NCBI GenBank assembly: GCA_046350815.1
Contig: JAXLZO010000001.1
Coordinates: 330,001 to 362,000, forward strand
DNA from: Candidatus Saccharimonadota bacterium
GTDB lineage: Bacteria > Patescibacteriota > Gracilibacteria > BD1-5 > UBA2023
Length of the DNA stretch: 32,000 nt
Direction of reading: 5' to 3'
In this document: in pieces, positions 31,312 to 32,000 of the stretch
Position numbering within the stretch: position 1 is the stretch's first letter
Layout of the letters: each line of letters begins with the position of its first letter
The notes under the pieces: model-generated
Told to the model about the DNA's origin: nothing
Databases searched by the model: none
What the model saw: only the letters and a program-made list of their open reading frames with translations
Program-made: the position numbers and the translations under genes

Positions 31312-31704
31312 ATGGAAAAGAAATATTTTTACGCAATTGGTCGTCGTAAGACGGCAACTGCTCAGGTTCGTCTCTTTGCTGATAAGGGTTCATCTCTTAT
31401 CAATGGACGTCCATTCAATGAGTATATTTCTCGCTCAGACCTTTTCGCTCGACTTCTTAGTCCATTGAAAATTGCATCTTTGCTTGATAGTACTCACTTT
31501 GAGGTTCAGGTAAATGGTTCAGGAATCTCTGCTCAAGCTGATGCAATTGCACTCGGTCTTGCTCGTGCAGTTATTCTCCTCGATCCTGCTCTTCGTCCAC
31601 AACTCAAGGGTGCAGACCTTCTGAGTCGAGATGCGAGAAAGGTAGAGCGCAAAAAACCTGGTCTCCACAAAGCACGCAAGGGCCCTTCTTGGTCAAAGCG
31701 TTAG
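31312..31704 (+). CDS. rpsI: 30S ribosomal protein S9
   Basis: Intact 130-aa ORF: GRRKTATAQVRL, GGGISAQADAI-like GSGISAQADAIALGLARA, C-terminus RKVERKKPGLHKARKGPSWSKR. Confidence 0.9.
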   Translation: MEKKYFYAIGRRKTATAQVRLFADKGSSLINGRPFNEYISRSDLFARLLSPLKIASLLDSTHFEVQVNGSGISAQADAIALGLARAVILLDPALRPQLKGADLLSRDARKVERKKPGLHKARKGPSWSKR

Positions 31705-31722
31705 TATTTTACCCTACTTTGC

Positions 31723-32000
31723 ATGCCTACTATTAATCAATTGATTCGTAAGCCTCGAACTGACAAGTCTCGTAAGAGCAAGTCCCCGGCGCTTCAATAT
31801 ATCAAAAACTCTATTGCACGAGATCTTCGTGATCAAGTGGCTCCTCAGAAACGAGGTGTTTGTACAAAGGTATATACAACGACTCCAAAAAAGCCAAACT
31901 CGGCTCTTCGAAAAGTTGCAAAAGTACGTCTTACCAATGGTCAAGAAGTGATCTCTTATATCGGTGGCGAAGGACACAATCTCCAAGAACATTCCGTTGT
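31723..32000 (+). CDS. rpsL: 30S ribosomal protein S12, 3' end cut by window edge
   Basis: [12 protein letters not shown]...[53 protein letters not shown]. It starts 18 nt after rpsI. Confidence 0.95.
   Translation, partial: MPTINQLIRKPRTDKSRKSKSPALQYIKNSIARDLRDQVAPQKRGVCTKVYTTTPKKPNSALRKVAKVRLTNGQEVISYIGGEGHNLQEHSV

Overview
AT-rich bacterial window that only makes sense if TGA is read as glycine (NCBI table 25, known from Gracilibacteria/BD1-5 and Absconditabacteria/SR1 in the CPR/Patescibacteria). TGA falls on invariant Gly positions of IF-2, IF-1, S13, S4, RpoA, MnmA, an ABC signature region, a CapA-like HWGxEY motif and a LOG-like GGGxGT motif. The standard-code ORF track therefore splits most real genes, so I stitched same-frame pieces by hand with only TAA and TAG as stops.

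Layout:
- 1-5400: 3' part of an rRNA operon (23S, 5S, tRNA-Val), then a 781-bp IS1595-family element with perfect 17-bp inverted repeats that appears to split a minus-strand gene, then tRNA-Arg(UCU) and tRNA-Val(GAC).
- 5459-12116: envelope and membrane genes. These are a 654-aa lipoprotein, a membrane-anchored Memo-like/CapA-like fusion, a FemAB/GNAT-like protein, an MgtC/DUF4010 protein and a small membrane protein.
- 12097-15594 (minus strand): mnmA, two tandem NT5C-type HAD nucleotidases and a lone ABC ATPase.
- 15648-17199: a Cys-poor Fur-family regulator divergent from dps-ahpC, with a perfect 7-1-7 palindrome in the shared promoter region.
- 17292-22581: an ABC exporter, two ORFan proteins, a roughly 490-bp ORF-poor stretch bracketed by a promoter and a terminator, a LOG/TIGR00725-like protein, a HAD hydrolase with two in-frame TAG codons, and a short PfkB-like kinase.
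- 22716-32000: rpsU, infB, a cNMP-binding protein, a paralog of the lipoprotein C-terminal domain, a hairpin-repeat cluster, and then infA-rpmJ-rpsM-rpsK-rpsD-rpoA-rplQ-rplM-rpsI-rpsL (rpsL truncated by the window edge).

No CRISPR array and no tRNA-Gly(UCA) were seen. All family calls rest on motifs I recognise by eye. No database search or RNA folding was run.
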